The notes under the pieces: model-generated
Databases searched by the model: none
What the model saw: the letters and a program-made list of their open reading frames with translations, nothing else
What the model was told of the DNA's origin: nothing
Translations under genes and position numbers: made by a program
NCBI GenBank assembly: GCA_035548415.1
Contig: DASZTA010000046.1
Span: 27,480-91,479, forward strand
DNA from: Polyangiaceae bacterium
Lineage (GTDB): Bacteria; Myxococcota_A; Polyangia; Polyangiales; Polyangiaceae
Direction of reading: 5' to 3'
Length of the DNA: 64,000 nucleotides
Shown: positions 20,201 through 28,697 of the stretch, one piece after another
Numbering within the stretch: position 1 is the first letter of the stretch
Layout: the number at the start of each line of letters is the position of its first letter

Positions 20201-22584
20201 AGGCCGGCAAATGCACGGGCAGCGGCGCCGTGACATGCACTGCCAGCGACCAATGCCACAACGCAGGCAGCTGCGACCCGAAGACCGGTGTTTGCTCGAA
20301 CCCGTCGAAGACGGACGGCACCGCTTGTAGTGACGGCAACGCCTGCACCACGACCGACACCTGCCAAACCGGCGTGTGCACCGGCAGCAACCCCGTGCTG
20401 TGCACCGCCCTCGACCAATGCCACAGCAAGGGCATCTGCGACACCGTGAAGGGCGTTTGCTCGAATCCGGCGAAGGCGGACGGCGCCAGCTGTAACGACG
20501 GCGACAAGTGCACCCAGACCGATACCTGCCAAACGGGCGTCTGCAAGGGCAGTAACCCCGTGGTGTGCACGGCGCTCGACCAGTGCCACGACGTGGGCGC
20601 TTGTGCCTCCGGCACTGGCACATGCAGCAATCCGGCCAAGACGGACGGCACCGGCTGCGACGACGGCAACAAGTGCACGCAGAGCGACTCGTGCCAGGCG
20701 GGGGCCTGCACGGGCAGCAAGCCCATCAAGTGCAGCGCGCTGGGCCAATGTTACAAGGTGGGCGTCTGCGACACGCAAACCGGTATTTGCTCGAATCCGT
20801 ATCAATCGTCCGGCACCGCGTGCGACGACACGGACGCATGCACGACCGGCGAGGTGTGCGACGGCGCCGGCACCTGCGGCGGCGGCAGCGCGGTCGTTTG
20901 CCAGCAGCCGTCCAACGTTTGCTTGTACGCGGCTTGCAACAGCACGTTGGGCTGCGTCACCAACGAGCAACCTGCCGGCACCGCTTGTGACGACGGTACG
21001 GCCTGCTCACGCACTTCGAGCTGCCTCAAGGGTCAGTGCACCGGCGCGAGCTACCGCCAGAACGTGAACAGCGACTGGGCCGACGATCCGGGACCGGCCG
21101 CGAACAGCGTCGACATCTTCACCGACAGCAAAGCCAACGTGCACATCGTGGGCACGTACTCGCAAGACTTCAAATTGAACGACAAAGACGGCACGCCCTC
21201 GGCGACCGTCACGTTCCCGAGCAACTCGTTCGCGGTGGGTATCTACTCGGCGCGTTACACGGAGGCGGGCGCCATTTCCAGCAGCGCGCCGACCATCAAC
21301 ATCGGCGGCGTGGGGCACGATGCGGCGGGTGTGCCCGGAACCATCACGGTGACCGACGCGGCCGGAAATGCCGACGGTACGTTCACCATCGTCGGCGTGT
21401 TCAACGGCCCCGCCACCTTCGGCGCCAATACCAAGACCGGCAAGACGCCGATCTCGATGAACAGCAACGGCACCTCGATCGTGTACGTGGCGACCTTCGC
21501 GGCCGACGGCTCGATCTTGTGGATGGCGCCGGTGCTGGCCGACGCCAAGTCGTCTTACACGGTGACAACCGTCGCGCTGTACGACGACGGCTCGGTTATC
21601 GCTGCAGGCGGCCTCAGCAACGCCGGCGCCATCTCGTTCAACGACGTGAATCGCAAGCCGTTTGCCAATGAAGATCGCAGCGGCGTTTGGGCCGCGCGCT
21701 TCGACGCCACGGGCTTCGGCAAGTGGGCGAGCATCGTCGTCACGGGCGGCAGCCAGGCGGTGGCCAGCGTGACCACGCACGACGACGGCGGAGCGTCGCT
21801 CACCGGCTTGTTCCTCGGCACCGTGCTGCTCGGCCCGAAGTCGTCGCTGCAAGTGAGCACGGTCGCGGGCGGCAAGGACCGCGACGTCTGGTACCAAAAG
21901 CTCGACAGCGCTGGCTCGCTCTCGTGGGGCGGCCGCGTCGGTGGCGCCGGGCAAGATTTGGCCGGCGACGTGGCGCGCATTCCTGGCGGCGGCTTGCTGT
22001 TGATGGCCAACACCATCGGCGCCGCTCCCAACGCCATGGACGCCAAGACCACGCAGCAGCTCTACGCGACGGCCACCACCGGACTGCAGACGCACTTCCT
22101 CAGCATCGACGTCGATGGCGTCATGCAGAGCGACGCGCTCATTGCCAACCCGGAGGCGGGCGCGACGCGCGGCTGGGCGCTCGACCGAGACTTGAAGGGC
22201 TACTACGCGGCTGCCGGCATCTTCCAGTTTGGTACGAGCTTCTACAGCAAGGTCGGCTTTGGTAGCGGCGCGCCGCCGAGCTCACCGGACATCTCCATCA
22301 CTGGCCAATCCGCGCAGCTTTCGCCCAGCTTGTTCGTGGCGCGCGTGGACGAGAAGACGCACTTCAGCTGGGGTATCGCGGCCGGCGGCGACGGTAGCGG
22401 CATGGGTAGCGCGGGCAAGATCGTGCTCACGGCGCACCCGACTCATTCCGTCAGCGTCGCGGGCTTGTTCAACGTCTCGGCCATCTTCGGCGACAAGCGC
22501 ACGGAGCAGCTGACCTGGTCGGAGCAGAACCTACCCTTCGTGGTGCACCTCAACTCCGAAGAAGAGTACGACTACTGTCCGTAG
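17248..22584 (+). CDS. Giant Cys-rich repeat lipoprotein (1778 aa) with C-terminal Cys-poor beta-propeller-like head
   Basis: Lipobox-like LTAPGC; about 1220 aa of 8-Cys 55-aa repeats; C-terminal 500 aa with SBBP-like blades (IFTDSKANVHIVGTY, VALYDDGSVIAAG, VTTHDDGGASLTGLF). Confidence 0.9.
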   Translation: MPWYGLVAWGRKRWTSARGRFFLVAALGVLTAPGCGTGEGRKQAVECHTDDDCDDSELGVCETAACVDNACKIDTKPDGHRCNDEDPLTGDDACLDGICAGVVKTCDDDLGPCLKAVHDSETDECTVEPVEDGVKCDDADACTQLDTCQAGACVGSEPKTCDASDQCHVAGKCDPESGECSDEQAADDGTPCDDAQACTSNDVCTKGTCGGEAVVCDDGLACSKDSCDEKSGACEADMSGCACDNDGDCDDHNACNGAEVCGAGNLCQLGTAVVCPTSADPCLSNVCVPETGECAPEPVTDGTACNDANSCTARDSCVDGKCVGRSPVVCTALSQCHLAGKCDPVTGACSNPEKPNKSACNDGNACTQIDTCQAGECVGAAPATCAAIDQCHDMGVCDSATGICSKPLKQNGVTCDDQNPCTAGDACSNGVCTPTAQVTCTALDSCHAVGTCDTQTGLCSNPAKADGTVCNDGLTCTTPDVCTAGKCTSTAVKCDDGIACTVDSCSEKLGGCTANAQNCPCTSGADCDDQNPCNGVETCNLQTLQCKPGTPMDCSSLNDACNVGSCSAVTGQCVPTPKANGTTCDDGNKCTLGSSCQAGVCKGQTPVVCTASDQCHSAGSCDPATGACSNPAKANGVTCNDGNACTQTDTCQSGVCTGSNAVVCAASDQCHSAGTCDTASGLCSNPAKKNGSTCDDSSACTQTDTCQGGVCVGASPVTCTASDQCHSAGTCDPKDGSCSNPAKTDGSACNDGTLCTQTDTCQSGVCTGSKPVVCTVSDQCHTAGTCDGATGTCSNPAKKDGTACNDSSACTKTDTCVSGVCTGSAPVTCTASDQCHSAGTCDPKDGTCSNPAKADGTLCNDGKTCTNADKCTAGVCGGGAITCDDKIACTVDSCVEPTGCKFDTSKCGCTSDAQCDDKNSCNGVETCDLGTLTCKNGTAVNCSNLDDSCNVGTCDALTGSCKAVPRMDGTSCDDGDACTKTDACKAGKCTGSGAVTCTASDQCHNAGSCDPKTGVCSNPSKTDGTACSDGNACTTTDTCQTGVCTGSNPVLCTALDQCHSKGICDTVKGVCSNPAKADGASCNDGDKCTQTDTCQTGVCKGSNPVVCTALDQCHDVGACASGTGTCSNPAKTDGTGCDDGNKCTQSDSCQAGACTGSKPIKCSALGQCYKVGVCDTQTGICSNPYQSSGTACDDTDACTTGEVCDGAGTCGGGSAVVCQQPSNVCLYAACNSTLGCVTNEQPAGTACDDGTACSRTSSCLKGQCTGASYRQNVNSDWADDPGPAANSVDIFTDSKANVHIVGTYSQDFKLNDKDGTPSATVTFPSNSFAVGIYSARYTEAGAISSSAPTINIGGVGHDAAGVPGTITVTDAAGNADGTFTIVGVFNGPATFGANTKTGKTPISMNSNGTSIVYVATFAADGSILWMAPVLADAKSSYTVTTVALYDDGSVIAAGGLSNAGAISFNDVNRKPFANEDRSGVWAARFDATGFGKWASIVVTGGSQAVASVTTHDDGGASLTGLFLGTVLLGPKSSLQVSTVAGGKDRDVWYQKLDSAGSLSWGGRVGGAGQDLAGDVARIPGGGLLLMANTIGAAPNAMDAKTTQQLYATATTGLQTHFLSIDVDGVMQSDALIANPEAGATRGWALDRDLKGYYAAAGIFQFGTSFYSKVGFGSGAPPSSPDISITGQSAQLSPSLFVARVDEKTHFSWGIAAGGDGSGMGSAGKIVLTAHPTHSVSVAGLFNVSAIFGDKRTEQLTWSEQNLPFVVHLNSEEEYDYCP
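17386..21050 (+). repeat. Coding tandem repeats: about 19 copies of a 55-aa/165-nt 8-Cys unit punctuated by three longer linker modules
   Basis: Consensus CTASDQCHSAGTCDPxxGxCSNPAKxDGxxCNDGxxCTxTDxCQxGVCxGxxPVV; 38 identical nt at 19393-19430 and 19723-19760. Confidence 0.9.
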
Positions 22585-23375
22585 ACGCTCACGGCGTCGC
22601 CGACGTGCAGCCTGCCCGAGCCGTCGTGGATCAGGTTCATGCCGAACCACACTTTGCCGTCTTCTTTGCGGTAGTGAGCGAGCGTTCGTAGCGGCTCCTT
22701 GCCCTGTTCGCCGGTGTCTGGATCGATGGTGGTGACGACGCAGCGATCGCAGCGTTTGACGCCTCGAAACGCGACCGCGCCAATCTGCAGGCGAGCAAAG
22801 CCGTCTTCGGCGTGTGGGGCGCAGCCGGAGATCACGAGGTTGGGCCGGAAGCGCCGCATCTCGAGCGGCTCGTCCAGGCGGCGGTTCAGCTCCTCGAGCG
22901 ACGCTTCGGAGATCAGCAGCATCGGGTAGGCATCGGCAAAGCTCACGATGTCGCCGGGGCGCGCGCGCTCCGGATTGACGGGGCGGCGTTCGGCGTCGGG
23001 CATGTAAACGAGGCTGACTTCGTCGTTCAAGAATTCGGAAAACCACCGGCTGCCCTGCGGGTGGTGGAGCGCAGCACCCGAGCTGCCCCACACCTGGTAC
23101 GGCACCGATGAAAGACCGGAGCCAGACAGCTCGCGCGGCAATTCGAGCGGCCGTCGGCCGGGTGCCGTCAGCTCGAAGCTGCCGGTGGCGTCGCCAAACC
23201 GTGGCCGCACCAGACACAGCCGGGCCACACTCCTTTGGGTGATGAACTGCCCGGCGCGATCGACCAGCATGTAGCGCCGGTCGTCGGCGAGCCCGCGTTC
23301 CACCACGGCCGCGCTGTCGAGCGCGATGCCGCCGCAGGCCTTGATCGGGTACACGAAGATGCCGGAGAGCCGCAC
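22572..23375 (-). CDS. MOSC domain-containing protein (YcbX/mARC-like)
   Basis: GTG start at 23375 gives MRLSGIFVYPIKACGG; DRRYML, FADAYPMLL, RFRPNLV, CDRCVVTT, FGMNL. Overlaps the end of the giant gene by 13 nt. Confidence 0.92.
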   Translation of the reverse strand: MRLSGIFVYPIKACGGIALDSAAVVERGLADDRRYMLVDRAGQFITQRSVARLCLVRPRFGDATGSFELTAPGRRPLELPRELSGSGLSSVPYQVWGSSGAALHHPQGSRWFSEFLNDEVSLVYMPDAERRPVNPERARPGDIVSFADAYPMLLISEASLEELNRRLDEPLEMRRFRPNLVISGCAPHAEDGFARLQIGAVAFRGVKRCDRCVVTTIDPDTGEQGKEPLRTLAHYRKEDGKVWFGMNLIHDGSGRLHVGDAVSVYGQ

Positions 23376-23517
23376 GGGGCGAATATATGCCGGCGAGTCC
23401 ACGCGCCCAGAGCTCGTGAGAGTGAATCTGGAAGTTTCCGCTCTCGCTACGCCTTTAACTGACGTCGGCTGCCGAACCGGGGTTGTGGCCGCCGTCCGGC
23501 CGGGTTTAGTCGAGGGC

Positions 23518-24135
23518 ATGGCTGTTTCCGATTCCGCGCGCCCGCTCCCGCCGCTGAGTGCTCCGCCGATGCGCGCCTCTATGACGAGTGAAGCACCGCG
23601 CTCGGGTTTTGCTCCAGCGCCCGACGTGCCGCGTTTCGATGAGGAAGGCCAATCGTCAGACGCTCGTCCGCTGGCGAGCTTCGCTCCCGACAGCGCGATC
23701 GACGAGCAGATCGCCGACCTGGAGCGCTGGGCGCTGGGCAATCTGGCTCGGGACCGGCGCGAGAAGCTGCGCTTTTGGGTGCTGCGCGGCCTTGCGTTTC
23801 TGGGCGCGGCCGGCGCTGCGGTGGCGGCAGGCTTTGCGGTCGGCAAGCTCGCGATCGTGCTGGCCGGGCTCGCGGCGCTGGCCGTCGCCGTCGACGCCGC
23901 CTGGCCGTCGGGCGCTTTCAAGAATCCGCACCAGCGCGCCGTGTACGATCTGCGCGAGCTGCAGAACACGCTCAAGCTGCGTTGGGACAAGGTGCGGCTG
24001 GCGCATCCGGATCCCGTGGCGCGCGAGCGTATCGCTCATGCCTTGGCGCTGCTCGACTCGGTGCAGGCCAAGCGCGAAGAGATCGGCAAGTACCTCGGCA
24101 ACTCCGAGCCGAGCCCGGGTGTGAAGCGCGGCTAG
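23518..24135 (+). CDS. Two-TM protein resembling SLATT/DUF4231 effectors
   Basis: GAGGG RBS before ATG 23518; amphipathic helix, two TM segments (FWVLRGLAFLGAAGAAVAAG; LAIVLAGLAALAVAVDAAW), then PSGAFKNPHQRAVYDLRELQ helix. Confidence 0.65.
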   Translation: MAVSDSARPLPPLSAPPMRASMTSEAPRSGFAPAPDVPRFDEEGQSSDARPLASFAPDSAIDEQIADLERWALGNLARDRREKLRFWVLRGLAFLGAAGAAVAAGFAVGKLAIVLAGLAALAVAVDAAWPSGAFKNPHQRAVYDLRELQNTLKLRWDKVRLAHPDPVARERIAHALALLDSVQAKREEIGKYLGNSEPSPGVKRG

Positions 24136-24151
24136 CTTCTGACTCGGGACT

Positions 24152-25105
24152 CTAGTCGCGCGCGGCCTGGCGCAGACGGTCGAGCGTCATCGCCACGACG
24201 ATGATGGCGCCGGTGAGGATCTCTTGGATCCAGTTGGGCATGCCCAAGTGGGTGCAGCCGGCCTTGATGACCGTGAGTAGCAGGGCCCCGATCAGGGTGC
24301 CTGCGACCGAGCCCTGGCCGCCGGAGAGCGAGCCGCCGCCGATCACGACCGCGGCGATGGCCTCGAGCTCCAGGCCTACTGAGTCGGTCGGGTCGCCCAC
24401 CGTGAGGGTCGAGAATTCGAGCACGCCGCCCAAGCCCGCCAAAATGCCGCCGATGGCGTAGATGGCCAGGCGCACGCGCGCAACCGGCACGCCGCACAGC
24501 CGCGCGGTGAGCTCGTTCGAGCCGACGGCCACGGCGTGGCGCCCAAGGCGGGTGTAGCTGAGCAAGAGCGCACAGACGACCGCGGCCAGCAGCGCGAGCC
24601 ACACGCCGTGCGGCACCAGGTGCTCGCCGGGTGCGATGGCCATCCAATCGTCCATGCCGCGCGCGGGCGCGTCGATCTTCTGCTCATCGGCCAGGCCTTT
24701 GGCGAGGCCGCGCAGCGCGCTCATCGTGCCGAGCGTGGCGATGAACGGCGCGATACGCAGCCCGACCACGAGCGCGCCGTTGAAGGCGCCTGCCAGCGCG
24801 CCCAACGCCAGAGCCGTGAGCACCGCAGTGAGCGGGGAAGCACCACCCTGCAGCGCTTTGGCCACGACCACCGTGGTGAGCGCCACCGTGGAGCCGACGG
24901 ACAGGTCGATGCCGCCGTGGATGATGATCAGCGCCATGCCCACTGCGGCAATCGCCACGACCACGGTTTGGCGCAGCATGGTGACCAAGTTCAGCGCCCG
25001 CAAGAACGTGTCGGGCGTGAGTGCCGAGAACAGCGCGTACACGACCAGGAGCGCCAGTAACGGTCCAAACCAGGGCTTTTTGAGCCAGATGCCGAGCGTT
25101 TTCAT
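24152..25105 (-). CDS. Sugar ABC transporter permease (RbsC-like)
   Basis: GGIDLSVGS, PFIATLG, TRLGRHAVAVGSN, ELEAIAAVVIGGGSLSGG. Confidence 0.95.
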   Translation of the reverse strand: MKTLGIWLKKPWFGPLLALLVVYALFSALTPDTFLRALNLVTMLRQTVVVAIAAVGMALIIIHGGIDLSVGSTVALTTVVVAKALQGGASPLTAVLTALALGALAGAFNGALVVGLRIAPFIATLGTMSALRGLAKGLADEQKIDAPARGMDDWMAIAPGEHLVPHGVWLALLAAVVCALLLSYTRLGRHAVAVGSNELTARLCGVPVARVRLAIYAIGGILAGLGGVLEFSTLTVGDPTDSVGLELEAIAAVVIGGGSLSGGQGSVAGTLIGALLLTVIKAGCTHLGMPNWIQEILTGAIIVVAMTLDRLRQAARD

Positions 25106-26581
25106 TCAGCCTGTCGCCTCGAGCAAGAGGGCGTGCTCGCTGAGCTCGCGAGCCGGGCGGGCGGGGCCGAGCGTGCCGCGCACCATCACCGCGATGCGAT
25201 CGCAGACGCCGACCAGCTCGGGCATGTAGCTCGACACCATCAAGATGGCCTTGCCGCGCGCCGCCAGGTCGTCGATCAACCGATAGATGTCGGCGCGGCT
25301 GCCGACATCGATGCCGCGCGTCGGCTCGTCGAGCAAGAGCACGTCCACGTCTTGCTCGAGCAGGCGCGAGAGCGCGACTTTTTGCTGATTGCCGCCCGAG
25401 AGGCCGCGCGCTTGCTGCTCGGGGCCGCGACAACGGATGCCTAGCTTTTGGATCCAGCGCGCGGCGGCTTTGCGGCTGGCCTCCGGCAGCGCCAAGCCCC
25501 AAGGTCCGAGGCGTGCCGTGCCCGAGAGCGTGATGTTTTCGGCGATCGAGAGCTGCTCGGCCAGGCCTTCACCTTTGCGATCTTCCGAGAGCAGCCCCAC
25601 TTTGTGCCGCGCCAGCGCGACTGGTGCGGCTGCGACGGCCACGCCGCCGACCAGCACGCTGCCGCTGCTGCGCGGATCCAGCCCGTAAATGGCGCGCAAA
25701 AGCTCCGTGCGACCCGAGCCCACCAGGCCCGCTATGCCGACGACCTCACCGCGCCGCAGGCTCAGGCTGGCCTTTTGTGGCAAGCGCCTGCCTGAAACAT
25801 CACGCAGCTCGAGCGCCACTTCGCCCGGGGTGCGCTCGGAGCGCGGGAACAGCTCCGTGACCGTTCGGCCCGCCATCAACGATACCAGCTCGCTGCGCGT
25901 CGTTTCGGAAACGTTGCCGGTCGCGACGGCGTTGCCGTCCCGCAGCACCGTGTACTCGCTGGCAATCTGCTCCACTTCTTCGAGGAAATGCGAGATGTAG
26001 AGCACCGTGACGCCAGCGCCGGCGAGTCGGCGCACGACCTCGAACAAGCGCTGCGTGTCAGCGCCCGTCAGCGCGCTGGTCGGCTCGTCCAGGATCAGGA
26101 CCTTGCAGTTGGCGTTCGAGAGCGCTCGCGCAATGCTGACCAGCTGGCGATCGGCTGGCGACAATCGTCGCAGCACGACCTCGAGACTCAGGTTGGCGCC
26201 CACTTGCTCGAGCGCGCGGCGTGCGACATCACGGCTCTTTTGCCGGTCGATGAATGGGCCCGAAGTCGGCTCGCTACCGAGCAGGATGTTCTCGCACACC
26301 GTGAGATCGGCGCAAAAGAGTGGTTCTTGGTAGACGATCGAGACGCCGGCGCGCCGGGCGGCTTCGGGGCTTTGAGGGCGAAAGCCGGCGCCGTCCAGCA
26401 GCATTTCGCCGCTGTCCGGGTGCTCGGCGCCGGAAAGCAGCTTCATCAGGGTGCTCTTGCCGGCGCCGTTTTCGCCCAGCACGGCGTGCACCGCGCCGGC
26501 TGTTGCCGACATGCTCACGTCGCCGAGCGCGCGCGCCGCCCCGAACGATTTGGATAGCGCGCGCAGCTCGAGCCGCTTCAC
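25106..26581 (-). CDS. Sugar ABC transporter ATP-binding protein (RbsA-like, duplicated NBD)
   Basis: GENGAGKST, ILDEPT, EDRKGEGL, LSGGNQQKV; GTG at 26581 overlaps the binding-protein stop (alternative start 26599). Confidence 0.95.
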   Translation of the reverse strand: MKRLELRALSKSFGAARALGDVSMSATAGAVHAVLGENGAGKSTLMKLLSGAEHPDSGEMLLDGAGFRPQSPEAARRAGVSIVYQEPLFCADLTVCENILLGSEPTSGPFIDRQKSRDVARRALEQVGANLSLEVVLRRLSPADRQLVSIARALSNANCKVLILDEPTSALTGADTQRLFEVVRRLAGAGVTVLYISHFLEEVEQIASEYTVLRDGNAVATGNVSETTRSELVSLMAGRTVTELFPRSERTPGEVALELRDVSGRRLPQKASLSLRRGEVVGIAGLVGSGRTELLRAIYGLDPRSSGSVLVGGVAVAAAPVALARHKVGLLSEDRKGEGLAEQLSIAENITLSGTARLGPWGLALPEASRKAAARWIQKLGIRCRGPEQQARGLSGGNQQKVALSRLLEQDVDVLLLDEPTRGIDVGSRADIYRLIDDLAARGKAILMVSSYMPELVGVCDRIAVMVRGTLGPARPARELSEHALLLEATG

Positions 26582-27600
26582 GGTGCCGAACCGAGCCACT
26601 CGGCGAGCGGGGGGGAGAGCAGCGCTTTCATGTCGGGCTGATCCATGTTCGCTTTTTCGATCAGCGAGGCGCCGGTATCGATGCGGCTCTCCACCCTTTC
26701 GTTCTTGAGGTGGGCCACCAGCGTCTTGACGGCCAGGTAGCCCATGTTGAACGGGTTTTGCAGCACGAGCCCGTCGATCTTGCCGGCGCGCACGCCCTCG
26801 ATCAGCTTGGCGGAGGAGTCGAAGCCGATGAAGCGCAGCTTGCCGGCCAGCCCCGCCTTTTCGAGCGCGAGTAGCATGCCGAAAGTCGTCGACTCGTTCG
26901 GGCAGAACACGCCGGCGAGCTGGCCTTTGGCGGCGTTCCGCGCGAGCAGCAGATTCTCGCTCGCGGCGAAGGCGGTCTCGGTCGTGGCTCCGCCGTACTG
27001 GTTGTCGCTGACCAGCTTGATGTCGGGGAACTTCTTGATGGCCTCGAGGAAGCCTTCTTCGCGGTTGTGGGTGCTGGCCGAGCCCTCTTGGTAACGCAAG
27101 AGCACCACGTTGCCCTTGCCGCCCAGCAAGGCGCCCAGCTTTTCACCCGCCAGCCGTCCCGCAGCGACGTTGTCCGTGGCGACGAAGCTCGTGTGATCGG
27201 TGCCCTTCAAGTCCGAGTCGAAGATCACCACCGGCACGCCGCTCTTGACCGCCGCCTTGACCGGCGCGAGCAGCGCCGAGTCGTTGAGCGGCGCGAGCAC
27301 CATGCCGGCCACACCCTGCGCGGTAAAGCTCTGCACCAGATCGACCTGCGACTTGAGGTCGTCTTCTTTCAGCGGACCCTTCCAGATGATCTCGACGCCC
27401 AGCTCTTTGGCGGCCTTGGCGGCACCGGCGTGCACCGCCTTCCAGAACTCGTGCGTGGTGCCTTTGGGCACCACGGCGATGCGCAGCTTTTTGGCTGCGC
27501 CGCTGGTCGAGCCGGAGCCGCTCGCTTCATCGGTTTTTTTGCAGCCGAGCGGAAGCACGGCGAGCGTTCCCAGTCCGCAGATCAAATCGCGTCGCAGCAC
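26578..27600 (-). CDS. Sugar ABC transporter substrate-binding lipoprotein (RbsB-like)
   Basis: Lipobox LPLGC, VVPKGTTHEFW, VATDN, FCPNEST, IGFDSS, LQNPFNMGY. Confidence 0.93.
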   Translation of the reverse strand: MLRRDLICGLGTLAVLPLGCKKTDEASGSGSTSGAAKKLRIAVVPKGTTHEFWKAVHAGAAKAAKELGVEIIWKGPLKEDDLKSQVDLVQSFTAQGVAGMVLAPLNDSALLAPVKAAVKSGVPVVIFDSDLKGTDHTSFVATDNVAAGRLAGEKLGALLGGKGNVVLLRYQEGSASTHNREEGFLEAIKKFPDIKLVSDNQYGGATTETAFAASENLLLARNAAKGQLAGVFCPNESTTFGMLLALEKAGLAGKLRFIGFDSSAKLIEGVRAGKIDGLVLQNPFNMGYLAVKTLVAHLKNERVESRIDTGASLIEKANMDQPDMKALLSPPLAEWLGSAP

Positions 27601-27639
27601 GGCGCTGGATGCTAGTCGCTCGGCCCTGCCGCCGGCAAG

Positions 27640-28593
27640 TCACGGCGCCGGTGCAAAGCGGCCCGGGAAAGCGTCGGCCGAGTGGCGGCGCTCAATCTCG
27701 CGTTGTGTCCACGGCCAGCTCGAGCCGCGCTCCTGGAAGATCGCGACGCCGATCACGCCGACGTTACGGTCATTGCCGCGCTTGGCAGCGTAAGAGTCGC
27801 GCACGCGGCCGAAGCGGAAGGCCGCCACTTCGTCTTCGCTGCGGCGGAAACCGTCGATTTCGACGGTCGACCACGGCTGCACCAGGTAGCCGCGCTTTTC
27901 GAACGAGCCAGGCTGGCCATCGATGACGTCCAGGCCGTCCACCGTCGCGACGGCTTCGAAGCGAACGCCCGTCTGGTTCTCGATGCGCAGCGCGTACCGC
28001 GCGCCGTCGTTGCCGACCACGTAGCTGCGGCCGCCGGCAGAAAACGTCGGCAGGGGTGCGCCCCTGTCGTCGACGACACGAATCGTGATGGCGCCGCGTG
28101 CCGCGCTGATACCGTCGCTGCGGCGATCCCAATAGCCGCTGCCGAGCATGGCGCGTACGCCGGCTTCGTCGTTGTAGAAGAAGCTGCTGGTCGAAATCGG
28201 CGTGTCCCAATCCTGGCGTTCGAACGGGGCCGACGACACGCGGCTCTCGCGCGTCTCGCCCCATTCCGTGCCCAGGCCCGGGCGCTCTTGCGGAGCCGGT
28301 GTCGGCTCGTAGGCGTCGGCGGTGGCACCGGCGGCTTCGCTACGTGCAGCGGTCGGAGGCGGGGCGGGCGCGGCGCTCTTGTCCATCGGCGCGGAGCGCT
28401 CACCTTCGGCGAGAGGCGCGGGCGCGCTGGTGGGGCTGCCGTAGGCGCGGCCCGGCTCGCCGTTGTGCGCCGGCGTGGTCGGTCCTGGCGCGGACTCGTG
28501 AGTCACGCCGCCGCAAGCCGTTACGGCGGCGGCAAGCGCGCTGAGGGCCAAAACGGAGCAAGCGGAACGGGGCAGCGAAAACGAGCGGTTCAT
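27640..28593 (-). CDS. Hypothetical lipoprotein
   Basis: Lipobox VTAC; conserved-looking C-terminal domain GARYALRIENQTG..VATVDGLDVIDG..GVIGVAIF. Confidence 0.8.
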   Translation of the reverse strand: MNRSFSLPRSACSVLALSALAAAVTACGGVTHESAPGPTTPAHNGEPGRAYGSPTSAPAPLAEGERSAPMDKSAAPAPPPTAARSEAAGATADAYEPTPAPQERPGLGTEWGETRESRVSSAPFERQDWDTPISTSSFFYNDEAGVRAMLGSGYWDRRSDGISAARGAITIRVVDDRGAPLPTFSAGGRSYVVGNDGARYALRIENQTGVRFEAVATVDGLDVIDGQPGSFEKRGYLVQPWSTVEIDGFRRSEDEVAAFRFGRVRDSYAAKRGNDRNVGVIGVAIFQERGSSWPWTQREIERRHSADAFPGRFAPAP

Positions 28594-28679
28594 GGCGGGC
28601 CTTTCCAGGTGCGAGATGCCTTGAAAACGCGCCGCCAGGCGCCGCCTTACAGGCGCCCGCGCAATGTCTGATTCAATAA

Positions 28680-28695
28680 TAGTTACCGGTAGTTA
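28680..28695. promoter_or_regulatory. Imperfect palindrome TAGTTACCGGTAGTTA, LacI-type operator candidate
   Basis: Central TACCGGTA dyad in an AT-rich patch about 90 nt upstream of the lipoprotein/sugar ABC genes. Confidence 0.4.
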
Positions 28696-28697
28696 AA

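Noticed and set aside
17263-20970. 1235-aa minus-strand ORF and many other long overlapping ORFs (for example 2282-3808, 52636-54315, 58494-60113)
   Set aside because: Antisense shadows of real high-GC3 genes: Ala/Arg/Gly/Val-rich, no motifs, and fully overlapping well-supported CDSs.
17386-21050. Regularly spaced repeats as a possible CRISPR array
   Set aside because: The repeats are in-frame, degenerate at third codon positions and encode Cys-rich protein units; there are no constant repeat/unique spacer pattern and no cas genes.
22572-22584. 13-nt convergent overlap of the giant lipoprotein and MOSC genes as a functional link
   Set aside because: Short tail-to-tail overlaps are common in compact GC-rich genomes; nothing else connects the two genes.
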